Positions 1-12,628 of a stretch of 64,000 bases of DNA are shown piece after piece (the first letter of the stretch is position 1; every line of letters begins with the position of its first letter). The stretch comes from Macrostomum lignano (lineage: Eukaryota), in contig NIVC01000237.1 in the NCBI GenBank assembly GCA_002269645.1, positions 372,001-436,000 of the forward strand, read 5' to 3'. The notes under the pieces were generated by a model. It ran no database searches, had not been told where the DNA came from, and saw only the letters and a program-made list of their open reading frames with translations. The position numbers and the translations under genes are program-made.

Positions 1-87
1 AAACTGCTGGCTTGGGAGCTGCTCAACAAGTGCAAGACATCGGCTTGTCAGAGAAGCCAGGAAGCTTAAAATTTAGTCCATGATTCA

Positions 88-139
88 ATGAGCAGCATCG
101 AGATGACTTCTAATGGAGAGACCGCCATGCGACCCGAAG
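88..139 (+). CDS. Candidate short first coding exon (MSSIEMTSNGETAMRPE), possibly stomatin exon 1
   Basis: ATG at 88, 17 codons + 1 nt, then donor GAAG|GTAAAA at 140, followed by an intron-type (TCTG)n tract. A short phase-1 first exon fits vertebrate STOM structure, but there is no sequence homology to support it. Confidence 0.3.
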
Positions 140-211
140 GTAAAATATCTTCAATACTTGGCCACCTGTCAATAATCTACCGGTATATACTAATTTTGCG
201 TTGTTTAGCTT

Positions 212-920
<709 letters not shown>

Positions 921-924
921 GTTA

Positions 925-3900
925 CTGTCTGTGTGTTTACTTGGACCTTTCGTCGGTTCAGTTGCCGCATTAGCTGGACCTTTCGGTTTAGGTGGACAGC
1001 GTAGGTGGACCACCGAATATTTTTGCTCCAGACAACGTTGAGTGGTTTATAAGGACCACAAAACAGAGCAATGGATGTCAGGAATGAGTGCCGCAAAGCG
1101 CAACATTCATCGGCATTCATGTTCAGAAAAAAATGCATTTCAGTTTACATGGACTTTTTGCGATGTCCACCTAAACCGGGTCTGAAAGGTCCAGCTAAAC
1201 AAAAATTGTCAATGAAAATTTCTGAATTTGTCTGTTGCAGTCTGTTTCAGTCTGTTTCAGTCTGTTGGCAATTTACCTTTTTACAACATCTTTTACGCCA
1301 AAAAAGTAATATATTTAATTTCCGTGATCTTAAATTAGGCACACACGGCTTTGTTGAGCTTTCTTCAAAGCCTTCCCACGGTTTTGTGCCCGAAAAATAT
1401 TCGAATGATGGTTCCTTTATCACGTTAGCTGCTGATAGTAGTTTAAATGGATATTGTATCCTATAGGCCTATCGACTTTCCTTCTTTTAGATTCCTTTTG
1501 ATATTTGATATTTATAAAAGTGTCGAACCACAATAAGAAATAATCCTGGTGGAGAGTTTCGGCCTTGAGAAGAAGGTTCTGCTCTCAGATCCCTGTTTAG
1601 GGGTGGGGAAGCACCAAACCAAGCTCAAAGCGAAGGTCTGATATTTTTTATTTTAGTTTAGCCTGGGTCCCACTAAACACAGTTGCACGCACATCAAATC
1701 GTCTGTTGAGGTCCATGTAAACGAAACTCGAAGCGCACAACACAGTCACACAGACTAGAGCTGCATTGGTAAAGGACTGATTTCGGAGAGGTTGGTAAAA
1801 ATCGGACCACCCTTACTGGGAATGCCAGCCAATAGGAACAGTCCAAGGGACAGACAGTCCGTCGACTAAACGAGTCAGAGAGGGGCAGAGCTATAAAAGT
1901 GAAAACCTTTGGTCTAGCTAAAACAGGCTTACATGGACCACCTAATTTCTCGGATAGACTGAAACATTCAACTGAACTGTCAATAGTCAATACACGAGAA
2001 GACACGAATGTCTCGCAGGAGATATCCCAATAACACAGAGTCCCGGAGAGGTGCAACAGTAACATATGTTACATCAAGTGGACTGGATACCTAAGGTAAG
2101 CATAAAATGAAAAGATTCAATTTAAAAGATTGACTTCCTCGCGTTCTAATTCTCTAGTAAAACCAAGCCTTTGGATTACTACGTAGCTAATAAAACAACA
2201 CACGACTTTTAGATCTAACAATACTTGGGAGCCAGTGAAAAATGTTTTCGACGACGTTTTTGAAAAATTGCATTGAAATTGCAGTAAGTACCAAAACGAA
2301 GTGTTATTTAGGATGAAAAAAATGATTAACTTTAGTAAAGAGCCTCAATAAGAACCTACTCAATCGAAATTTCAGAAATATGTTTTCCTGCCAGACCAAA
2401 AAGCAAAATCTACCAGGTAAGCAAATCGGTGCACATACAACTTAAGCTGGTCCAGCTAACCTACAGACTGTACTGACGCAACTGAGCCAGTCTGTTTAAG
2501 AGCCTTACAGATGGGAGGTGGAATTCAAGTTTAGGAGGTCCAGCTAACCTACAGACTGCACTGATGCAACTGATCCAGTCTGTTTAAGAGCCGCACAAAT
2601 GGGAGGTGGAATTCAAGTTTAGGTGGTCCAGCTAACCTACAGACTGCACTGATGCAACTGATCCAGTCTGTTTAAGAGCCGCACAAATGGGAGGTGGAAT
2701 TCAAGTTTAGGTGGTCCAGCTAACCTACAGACTGCACTGACGCAACTGATCCAGTCTGTTTTAGAGCCTCACCAATAGGAGGTGGAATTCAAGTCCAGGA
2801 GATCCAGCTAACCTACAGACTGTACTGACACCAATATGCCAGTCTGTTTCAAAGTCTCAGTAGAATATCAGTTGTAAACTGTCAATCCTGAATTCTCGTA
2901 TAAATGCCAAATTTGACAGGCCCAGTCTGGAGACGGCAAGTCAGCTTTGATGCAGACGAGTGACGCAAGCAACTCTAGCAAGATATCGACCAAGACTTTA
3001 AAGGCCAAGAGCCATTAAGTCGACTATAGGCTGACACCTCACGTCTGGACACTTCTAAGAAGTCGGCTGAGGCACCTGAGACGCTGGTCAGTCCGGTGGA
3101 CAGACGTGTTGCCTCATCGCAGTTCAGTCATAGGACGAGATTGAATCTACTGTGGTGAGCTTGCTGCAAAAGTGTTCAGATTTGGCTTATCTTATTCTAA
3201 TTGAACTGGTCCAGCTAACCTACAGACTGTACTGACGCCACAGAGCCAGTCTGTTTTAGAGCCTCACAGATGGGGTGGAATTCAAGTTTAGGAGGTCCAG
3301 CTAACCTACAGACTGCACTGACGCAACTGAGCCAGTCTGTTGAAGAGCCTCACAGATGGGAGGTGGAATTCAAGTTTAGGTGGTCCAGCTAACATACAGA
3401 CTGCACTGACACCAATATGCCAGTCTGTTTCAGTCTCAGTAGAATATCAGTTGTAAACTGTCAATCCTGAATTCTCGTATAAATGCCAAATTTGACAGGC
3501 CCAGTCTGGAGACGGCAAGTCAGCTTTGATGCAGACGAGTGACGCAAGCAACTCCAGCAAGATATCGACCAAGACTTTAAGACCAAGAGCCATTAAGTCG
3601 ACTATAGGCTGACACCTCACGTCTGGACACTTCTAAGAAGTCGGCTGAGGCACCTGAGACGCTGGTCAGTCCGGTGGACAGACGTGTTGCCTCATCGCAG
3701 TTCAGTCAAAGGACGAGATTGAATCTACTGTGGTGAGCTTGCTGCAAGAGTGTTCAGATTTGGCTTATCCTATTCTAATTGAACTGGTCCAGCTAACCTA
3801 CAGACTGTACTGACGCAACTGATCCAGTCTGTTTAAGAGCCTCACAGATGGGGTGGAATTCAAGTTTAGGAGGTCCAGCTAACCTACAGACTGCACTGAC

Positions 3901-6805
3901 GCAACTGATCCAGTCTGTTTAAGAGCCTCACAGATAAGAGGTGGAATTCAAGTTTAGGTTGTCCAGCTAACCTACAGACTGCACTGACGCAACTGAGCCA
4001 GTCTGTTGAAGAGCCTCACAGATAAGAGGTGGAATTCAAGTTTAGGTGGTCCAGCTAACCTACAGACTGTACTGACGCAACTGATCCAGTCTGTTTAAGA
4101 GCCTCACAGATGGGGTGGAATTCAAGTTTAGGAGGTCCAGCTAACCTACAGACTGCACTGACGCAACTGATCCAGTCTGTTTAAGAGCCTCACAGATAAG
4201 AGGTGGAATTCAAGTTTAGGTTGTCCAGCTAACCTACAGACTGCACTGACACCAATATGCCAGTCTGTTTCAAAGTCTCAGTAGAATATCAGTTGTAAAC
4301 TGTCAATCCTGAATTCTCATATAAATGCCAAATTTGACAGGCCCAGTCTGGAGACGGCAAGTCAGCTTTGATGCAGACGAGTGACGCAAGCAACTCCAGC
4401 AAGATATCGACCAAGACTTTAAAGGCCAAGAGCCATTAAGTCGACTATAGGCTGACACCTCACGTCTGGACACTTCTAAGAAGTCGGCTGAGGCACCTGA
4501 GACGCTGGTCAGTCCGGTGGACAGACGTGTTGCCTCATCGCAGTTTAGTCAAAGGACGAGATTGAATCTACTGTGGTGAGCTTGCTGCAAGAGTGTTCAG
4601 ATTTGGCTTATCTTATTCTAATTGAACTGGTCCAGCTAACCTACAGACTGTACTGACGCCACAGAGCCAGTCTGTTTTAGAGCCTCACAGATGGGGTGGA
4701 ATTCAAGTCCAGGAGGTCCAGCTAACCTACAGACTGCACTGACGCAACTGATCCAGTCTGTTTAAGAGCCTCACAGATAAGAGGTGGAATTCAAGTTTAG
4801 GTGGTCCAGCTAACCTACAGACTGCACTGACGCAACTGATCCAGTCTGTTTAAGAGCCTCACAGATAAGAGGTGGAATTCAAGTTTAGGAGGTCCAGCTA
4901 ACCTACAGACTGCACTGACGTAACTGAGCCAGTCTGTTTTAGAGCCTCACCAATAGGAGGTGGAATTCAAGTCCAGGAGATCCAGCTAACCTACAGACTG
5001 TACTGACACCAATATGCCAGTCTGTTTCAAAGTCTCAGTAGAATATCAGTTGTAAACTGTCAATCCTGAATTCTCATATAAATGCCAAATTTGACAGGCC
5101 CAGTCTGGAGACGGCAAGTCAGCTTTGATGCAGACGAGTGACGCAAGCAACTCTAGCAAGATATCTACCAAGACTTTAAAGGCCAAGAGCCATTAAGTCG
5201 ACTATAGGCTGACACCTCACGTCTGGACACTTCTAAGAAGTCGGCTGAGGCACCTGAGACGCTGCATGGTCAGTCCGGTGGACAGACGTGTTGCCTCATC
5301 GCAGTTCAGTCATAGGACGAGATTGAATCTACTGTGGTGAGCTTGCTGCAAGAGTGTTCAGATTTGGCTTATCTTATTCTAATTGAACTGGTCCAGCTAA
5401 CCTACAGACTGTACTGACGCCACAGAGCCAGTCTGTTTTAGAGCCTCACAGATGGGGTGGAATTCAAGTTTAGGAGGTCCAGCTAACCTACTGACTGCAC
5501 TGACGCAACTGATCCAGTCTGTTTAAGAGCCTCACAGATAAGAGGTGGAATTCAAGTCCAGGAGGTCCAGCTAACCTACAGACTGTACTGACGCCACAGA
5601 GCCAGTCTGTTTTAGAGCCTCACAGATGGGGTGGAATTCAAGTCCAGGAGGTCCAGCTAACCTACAGACTGCACTGATGCAACTGATCCAGTCTGTTTAA
5701 GAGCCTCACCAATAGGAGGTGGAATTCAAGTTCAGGTGGTCCAGCTAACCTACAGACTGCACTGACGCAACTGAGCCAGTCTGTTTTAGAGCCTCACCAA
5801 TAGGAGGTGGAATTCAAGTACAGGAGGTCCAGCTAACCTACAGACTGCACTGACACCAATATGCCAGTCTGTTTCAGTCTCAGTAGAATATCAGTTGTAA
5901 ACTGTCAATCCTTAATTCTCGTATAAATGCCAAATTTTACAGGCCCAGTCTGGAGACGGCAAGTCAGCTTTGATGCAGACGAGTGACGCAAGCAACTCCG
6001 GCAAAATGAAGACGATTTTTTGTGCTTAACCGCAAAAGTTTGTTTATGATGATATTGACTGCGACAGCTTGTGGCTTTCTGTGAGATGATTCCGCTATCC
6101 GTCGTAACATGTCTTGTCCGTCCGTTAAAACTTTTTTCATTTACAAAAATTGAGTGGAAAGTTGTTCTATTGTAATACGTGAAATTTATTAGGCAAATGT
6201 ATTTATTAATCATATCGTCGTCAATCTACTTGCCTTTTGGCACATATTTGGGACGTTAAGTGTGTTTCTTTAGGTTTATCATTATTCTAGTGAAAAACAA
6301 ATATGACTTTTTGCTATTTAAACTTTTGCTTGGCCGTTAATTTGCACTTGTAACTATTTTTCTCGGTCTAAAAATTAGTTGCATTTGATTCATTTGTTTT
6401 CAATGGGGATGATGGTTCTTGAGTCCGGCGCAAAGTAGAACTGAATGCATTATTTTCACTTTATTACATATTGTGTATTTGGGACTTCTGTCACGTGACT
6501 TTTAGTGTTGTTTCTCGTGCTTAACAGTACTGGGTCGATAATAATCCCAGTACTCTGCTAAATAAATGATGGTCCACCTAAACGGTGTCTTTTTGAAGGT
6601 CCACCTAAAACAGGTCCGGGCTGGTCCAGCTATCCCAGTTGAAAGTGACATGCAGTTTCCACGAGATGGCTAATCTGCAGGCTAAACTGAAAGACAACCC
6701 ACGCTAACTTTTCGTGTAGAGACAAAAGACACCGGTTTTATAAGGAAACTAGGTGGTCCACCTAATGCATTAACAAAACTCTGGTCCCGCTAAACACACA
6801 GACAG
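925..6805. mobile_element. Non-autonomous TIR-bounded DNA element (~5.9 kb) inserted in a (TCTG)n tract
   Basis: Left end 925-947 CTGTCTGTGTGTTTACTTGGACC; right end 6783-6805 reverse-complements to CTGTCTGTGTGTTTAGCGGGACC (20/23 identical). Subterminal GGTCCA(C/G)CTAA-type motifs are inverted at 971-1011 and direct at 6571-6765. (TCTG)n lies on both flanks; TA at 923-924 and 6809-6810. No transposase ORF. Confidence 0.7.
2449..5996 (+). repeat. Higher-order satellite of ~87-bp (S) and ~405-bp (L) monomers sharing a ~45-bp head
   Basis: Units start (G)GTCCAGCTAACCTACAGACTG at about 2449, 2537, 2625, 2713 (S), 2801 (L), 3208, 3294 (S), 3382 (L), 3786-4134 (5 S), 4222 (L), 4629-4891 (4 S), 4979 (L), 5390-5738 (5 S), 5826 (partial L). 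Confidence 0.95.
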
Positions 6806-6810
6806 CGGTA

Positions 6811-6912
<102 letters not shown>

Positions 6913-6938
6913 CAACCCTAGACCCGCCCTCTGTCCAG

Positions 6939-9900
6939 GTGCTCACCAAGGACTCCGTCACTGTCAGCGTGGATTACCGAGTCAACAATGCCACAGTCTC
7001 GGTGGCAAACGTGGAGAACGCGCACCACTCCACCAGGCTGCTGGCCCAAACCACCCTGAGGAACGTGCTGGGCACCAAGAACCTGGCCGAGATTCTGTCC
7101 GAACGGGAGAGCATCAGCAACTCCATGCAGGTGAGCAGCCATGGCTACCACCAGCTCCACTTTGCCTACAAGCCGTAGCAGCCAGGCAGACTCTCCATCT
7201 CTCCCTGACTCTCTCCATCTCTCCCTGACTCTCTCCATTTCTCCCTGACTCTCTCCATCTCTCCCTGATTCTCTCCATCTCTCCCTGACTCTCTCCATCT
7301 CTCCCTGACTCTCTCCATTTCTCCCTGACTCTCTCCATCTCTCCCTGATTCTCTCCATCTCTCCCTGACTCTCTCCATCTCTCCCTGATTCTCTCCATCT
7401 CTCCCTGACTCTCTCCATCCCCTTCGACTCTCTCCATCTCTCCCTGACTCTCTCCATCTCTCCCTGACTCTCTCCATCTCTCCCTGATTCTCTCCATCTC
7501 TCCCTGACTCTCTCCATCCCCTTCGACTCTCTCCATCTCTCCCTGACTCTCTCCATCTCTCCCTGACTCTCTCCATCTCTCCCTGACTCTCTCCATCTCT
7601 CCCTGACTCTCTCCATCCTTCCCTGACTCTCTCCATCTCTCCCTGACTCTCTTCATCTCTCCCTGACTCTCTTCATCTCTCCCTGACTCTCTTCATCTCT
7701 CTCTGACTCTTTGCATCTCTCCCTGACTCTCTCCATCTCTCCCTGATTTCTCTCCTCGATAGTAAGTTCAGTGTTACCGATCGCAACCTCAATCTGATTT
7801 CAGACTGCCCTTGACGAAGCCACCGTGGCCTGGGGTATCAAAGTCGAGCGAGTTGAAATGTAAGTAAACATTTGTTACTACTTACTGTATAAGTAGCGTG
7901 TTGATAAGCAAAAAAACTCAAGTTAAAATCCTGAGCATTATTAATCATTGCAGCAAGGATGTCCGCCTGCCGGTTCAGCTGCAGAGGGCCATGGCTGCCG
8001 AAGCCGAGGCCGACAGGGAGGCCCGCGCCAAGGTTCGGGGAGTGAATGAGTGACAGACTGATGGAGTGAATGAGTGACAGGCTGATGGAATGAAAGATTT
8101 GTGGAGTGACAGATCGATGAGGTAACTTTTTTGCAGAGGGAAAATTGACAGTGTAATGACAGTGTATCTGTGATAGAGTGACAGATTGACGAAGTGATAG
8201 ATTCACGGAGTTACAGATTGATAAAGTTACAGATTGATAAGTGACAGATTGACGGAGTGACAGATTGACGGAATGATAGATTGACGGAGTGACAGATTGA
8301 CGGAGTGACAGATTGACGTAGTGACAGATTGACGTAGTGACAGATTGATGGAGTGACAGATTGACGGAGTGACAGATTGACGGAGTGACAGATTGACGGA
8401 GTGACAGATTGATAAAGTTACAGATTGACGGAGTGACAGATTGATAAAGTTACAGATTGACGGAGTGACAGATTGACGTAGTGACAGATTGATGGAGTGA
8501 CAGATTGATGGAGTGACAGATTGACGGAGTGACAGATTGACGGAGTGACAGATTGACGGAGTGACAGATTGACGGAGTGACAGATTGACGTAGTGACAGA
8601 TTAACGGAGTGACAGATTGACGTAGTGACAGATTGACGTAGTGACAGATTGACGGAGTGACAGATTGATAAAGTTACAGATTGACGTAGTGACAGATTAA
8701 CGGAGTGACAGATTGACGTAGTGACAGATTGACGGAGTGACAGATTGACGGAGTGACAGATTGACGGAGTGACAGATTGATAAAGTTACAGATTGACGTA
8801 GTGACAGATTAACGGAGTGACAGATTGACGTAGTGACAGATTGACGGAGTGACAGATTGACGGAGTGACAGATTGACGGAGTGACAGATTGATAAAGTTA
8901 CAGATTGACGTAGTGACAGATTGACGGAGTGACAGATTGATAAAGTTACAGATTGACGTAGTGACAGATTGACGGAGTGACAGATTGACGTAGTGACAGA
9001 TTGATGGAGTGACAGATTGATAAAGTTACAGATTGACGTAGTGACAGATTGACGTAGTGACAGATTGACGTAGTGACAGATTGACGGAGTGACAGATTGA
9101 CGTAGTGACAGATTGATGGAGTGACAGATTGACGTAGTGACAGATTGATGGAGTGACAGATTGACGTAGTGACAGATTGATGGAGTGACAGATTGACGGA
9201 GTGACAGATTGATAAAGTTACAGATTGACGTAGTGACAGATTAACGGAGTGACAGATTGACGTAGTGACAGATTGACGTAGTGACAGATTGACGTAGTGA
9301 CAGATTGATGGAGTGACAGATTGACGTAGTGACAGATTGACGGAGTGACAGATTGACGGAGTGACAGATTGATGGAGTGACAGATTGACGGAGTGACAGA
9401 TTGATGGAGTGACAGATTGACGTAGTGACAGATTGATGGAGTGACAGATTGATGGAGTGACAGATTGACGGAGTGACAGATTGACGGAGTGACAGATTGA
9501 TAAAGTTACAGATTGACGTAGTGACAGATTGACGGAGTGACAGATTGATGGAGTGACAGATTGACGGAGTGACAGATTGACGGAGTGACAGATTGACGGA
9601 GTGACAGATTGATGGAGTGACAGATTGACGGAGTGACAGATTGATAAAGTTACAGATTGACGTAGTGACAGATTAACGGAGTGACAGATTGACGTAGTGA
9701 CAGATTGACGGAGTGACAGATTGACGGAGTGACAGATTGACGGAGTGACAGATTGATGGAGTGACAGATTGACGGAGTGACAGATTGATGGAGTGACAGA
9801 TTGACGGAGTGACAGATTGACGTAGTGACAGATTGACGGAGTGACAGATTGACGGAGTGACAGATTGACGGAATGACAGACACAGGCGAGCGCTACGCCA

Positions 9901-10132
9901 CCTCGCCCCCCGTCATTCGCAGGTGATAGCGGCCGAGGGTGAGCAGCGCGCCTCGGTGGCACTGAAAGAGGCCAGTGACGTCATCAGCTCGTCGCCAACG
10001 GCCCTGCAGCTGCGCTACCTGCAGACTCTGACGGGCATCTCTGCCGAGAAGAATTCCACTATCATCTTCCCGCTGCCCATCGACCTGATGGCGACCTTCA
10101 TGAACACCGCCAAAGATAAGAAAACTGACTGA
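6939..10132 (+). CDS. Stomatin / band-7 (SPFH) family protein, mec-2/STOM-like; four 3' exons only
   Basis: Exons 6939-7130, 7804-7859, 7954-8032, 9923-10132 with GT-AG sites and consistent phases give VLTKDSVTVSVD-YRVNNATVSVANVENAHHSTRLLAQTTLRNVLGTKNLAEILSERESISNSMQ|TALDEATVAWGIKVERVEI|KDVRLPVQLQRAMAAEAEADREARAK|VIAAEGEQRAS...LQLRYLQTL...KNSTIIFPLP, hallmark stomatin sequence. Confidence 0.95.
7190..7755 (+). repeat. 20-bp intronic minisatellite (CTCTCCATCTCTCCCTGACT)
   Basis: Direct reading, inside stomatin intron 7131-7803. Confidence 0.95.
8160..9880 (+). repeat. 16-bp intronic minisatellite (GTGACAGATTGACGGA and variants)
   Basis: Direct reading, inside stomatin intron 8033-9922. Confidence 0.97.
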
Positions 10133-10425
10133 GCAGTTTTTGAGCAGCTTTGCCCAATGAATTCAAGTTAAAAAGTCGATCTGAACGCATGAACAGCCAC
10201 TTCTGAACATCAGCATGTCCGTCTATCCGCTGTGTTTTTAGTTTGTTTTCTGCTACCCCACGCATAAAACTTTTGTTTTTGGATAGATTTTCGAAACTCG
10301 GTGTTATTCGGCTCGGTATTTTATATTTTTGTCCTTTGAGTCTCGATCGTTGAGATGCGAGGAGTGGCTCTGCAGTATAAGCTTCATTTATCGCTTAAAG
10401 CACTGAATCGGCTACATGTACATGT

Positions 10426-11040
10426 ACCTCTCCACTCTCTCCTCTCCACTCTCCACTCTCCACTTTCTCCTCTCCACTTTCTCCTCTCCACTCTCCACTC
10501 TCCACTCTCCACTCTCTCCTCTCCACTCTCCACTCTCCACTCTCCACTCTCTCCTCTCTCCTCTCCACTCTCCACTCTCCACTCTCCACTCTCTCCTCTC
10601 CACTCTCTCCTCTCCACTCTCTCCTCTCCACTCTCTCCTCTCCACTCTCTCCTCTCCACTTTCTCCTCTCCACTCTCCACTCTCAACTCTCTCCTCTCCA
10701 CTCTCCACTCTCTCCTCTCTACTCTCCACTCTCCACTCTCCACTCTCTCCTCTCCACTCTCCACTCTCTCCTCTCCACTCTCCACTCTCTCCTCTCCACT
10801 CTCCACTCTCTCCTCTCCACTTTCTCCTCTCCACTCTCCACTCTCAACTCTCTCCTCTCCACTCTCCACTCTCTCCTCTCTACTCTCCACTCTCCACTCT
10901 CCACTCTCTCCTCTCCACTCTCCACTCTCTCCTCTCCACTCTCCACTCTCTCCTCTCCACTCTCCACTCTCTACTCTCTCCTTTCCACTCTCCACTCTCC
11001 ACTCTCTCCTCTCCACTCTCCAATCTCCACTCTCCCCTCC
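10426..11040 (+). repeat. Pyrimidine-rich (CTCTCCA / CTCTCCTCTCCA) tandem repeat
   Basis: Direct reading, downstream of the stomatin stop. Confidence 0.95.
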
Positions 11041-11529
11041 CCCTTCTATTCTTTCTACGAAAATAAACGTCGCAAAACGTTTTAAACGCTAACTTCTTGC
11101 ATTGGCCAAAATAGAATTGGTAATGTTTTAAAAAATTCCTAAAATGACAATTATAATTACTATAACTTATTAGATATTATGCAACTAGAAATATTTAAAT
11201 TGTATTAAAACTTATATACTTTGGATTCAATTTCTACTTGTTAAATTTTTTGCAATATTAGCATATGAGCACTCTCATTTTTAAAGACTCATTATTAAGT
11301 TTCATACAAAAGACCATACAAAACCAAACGAGCCATAAATGTGATATTTTCGTGTTTACTACTTAATTTAAAAATTAAACAGTAGTGTGTCAGCATATTT
11401 ATTTGATTTTCAAAATACTGAAATAATTAGTAACAGAAATATTTTTAATAGAAATTATAGTATTAAAGTGTGGCGCCATGTTGTTTCTATTAACGATTTT
11501 TAAAGCGTAAAATAAAGCCGATGAATTAT

Positions 11530-11722
11530 CAATTAATTAACCAATCAACCAATCAACCAACCAATCAATCAATCAATCAACCAATCAATCAACCAATCAA
11601 CCAATCAACCAATCAACCAATCAATCAATCAACCAATCAACCAATCAATCAATCAACCAATCAACCAATCAATCAATCAACCAATCAACTAATCAATCAA
11701 TAAACCAATCAATCAATAAACT

Positions 11723-11755
<33 letters not shown>

Positions 11756-11837
11756 CCAATCAATCAACTATCAATCAATCAATCAATCAATCAACTATCA
11801 ATCAATCAATCAATCAATCAACTATCAATCAATCAAT

Positions 11838-11884
<47 letters not shown>

Positions 11885-12004
11885 CTATCAATCAATCAAT
11901 CAACCAATCAATCAATAAACTATCAATCAATCAATCAATCAATCAACCAATCAACCAATCAACCAATCAACTAATCAATCAATAAACCAATCAATCAATA
12001 AACT

Positions 12005-12037
<33 letters not shown>

Positions 12038-12096
12038 CCAATCAATCAACTATCAATCAATCAATCAATCAATCAACTATCAATCAATCAATCAAT

Positions 12097-12143
<47 letters not shown>

Positions 12144-12210
12144 CTATCAATCAATCAATCAACTATCAATCAATCAACTATCAATCAATCAACCAATCAA
12201 TCAATCAACT

Positions 12211-12248
<38 letters not shown>

Positions 12249-12295
12249 TAATCAATCAACCAATCAACAAACCAATCAACCAACCAATCAATTGA
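11530..12295 (+). repeat. (AATC)n / ATCAACCA microsatellite
   Basis: Direct reading. Confidence 0.95.
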
Positions 12296-12466
12296 CTGAT
12301 ATAGGATAACCAATCCTATATCAGTCAATCAGCTAATCAATTGAGGTTCAAATTAATTAATCAGTCAAACAAGTAGACTTCATCTGCCAGGTATTCACTG
12401 AGAGAATTAATTGCCTGATAAGCAAGAACAGAAATCTTGAACTATTGGATACAAAAATCAATCCAC

Positions 12467-12628
12467 CATCAGCCAGCCAATCAATCAGCTGTTAATTACG
12501 CTCTCCATCAGCCAGCCAATCAATCAGCTGTTAATTACGCTCTCCATCAGCCAGCCAATCAATCAGCTGTTAATTACGCTCTCCATCAGCCAGCCAATCA
12601 ATCAGCTGTTAATTACGCTCTCCATCAG
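12467..12628 (+). repeat. 39-bp tandem repeat (~4 copies) overlapping the lipase stop codon and 3' UTR
   Basis: CATCAGCCAGCCAATCAATCAGCTGTTAATTACGCTCTC starts at 12467, 12506, 12545, 12584. Confidence 0.93.

Noticed and set aside
2019-2096. Chromodomain-like peptide (HRVPERCNSNICYIKWTGYL) between apparent splice sites
   Set aside because: There are stop codons in all three frames of the putative exon, and the resemblance is limited to YIKWxGY.
2801-3207. Retrozyme / hammerhead ribozyme in the ~405-bp monomer
   Set aside because: The size fits, but I found no CUGANGA...GAAA core on either strand; only a covariance-model search could rescue this.
2449-5996. CRISPR-like appearance (palindromic repeat with interspersed longer segments)
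   Set aside because: The intervening sequences are near-identical to each other rather than unique spacers, there are no cas genes, and the context is eukaryotic.
6918-11092. ORFs over the stomatin introns and downstream purine/pyrimidine tracts (ERWRES, SVTPSICH, LSTLHSP)
   Set aside because: Minisatellite translations, mostly antisense to or inside introns of the stomatin gene.
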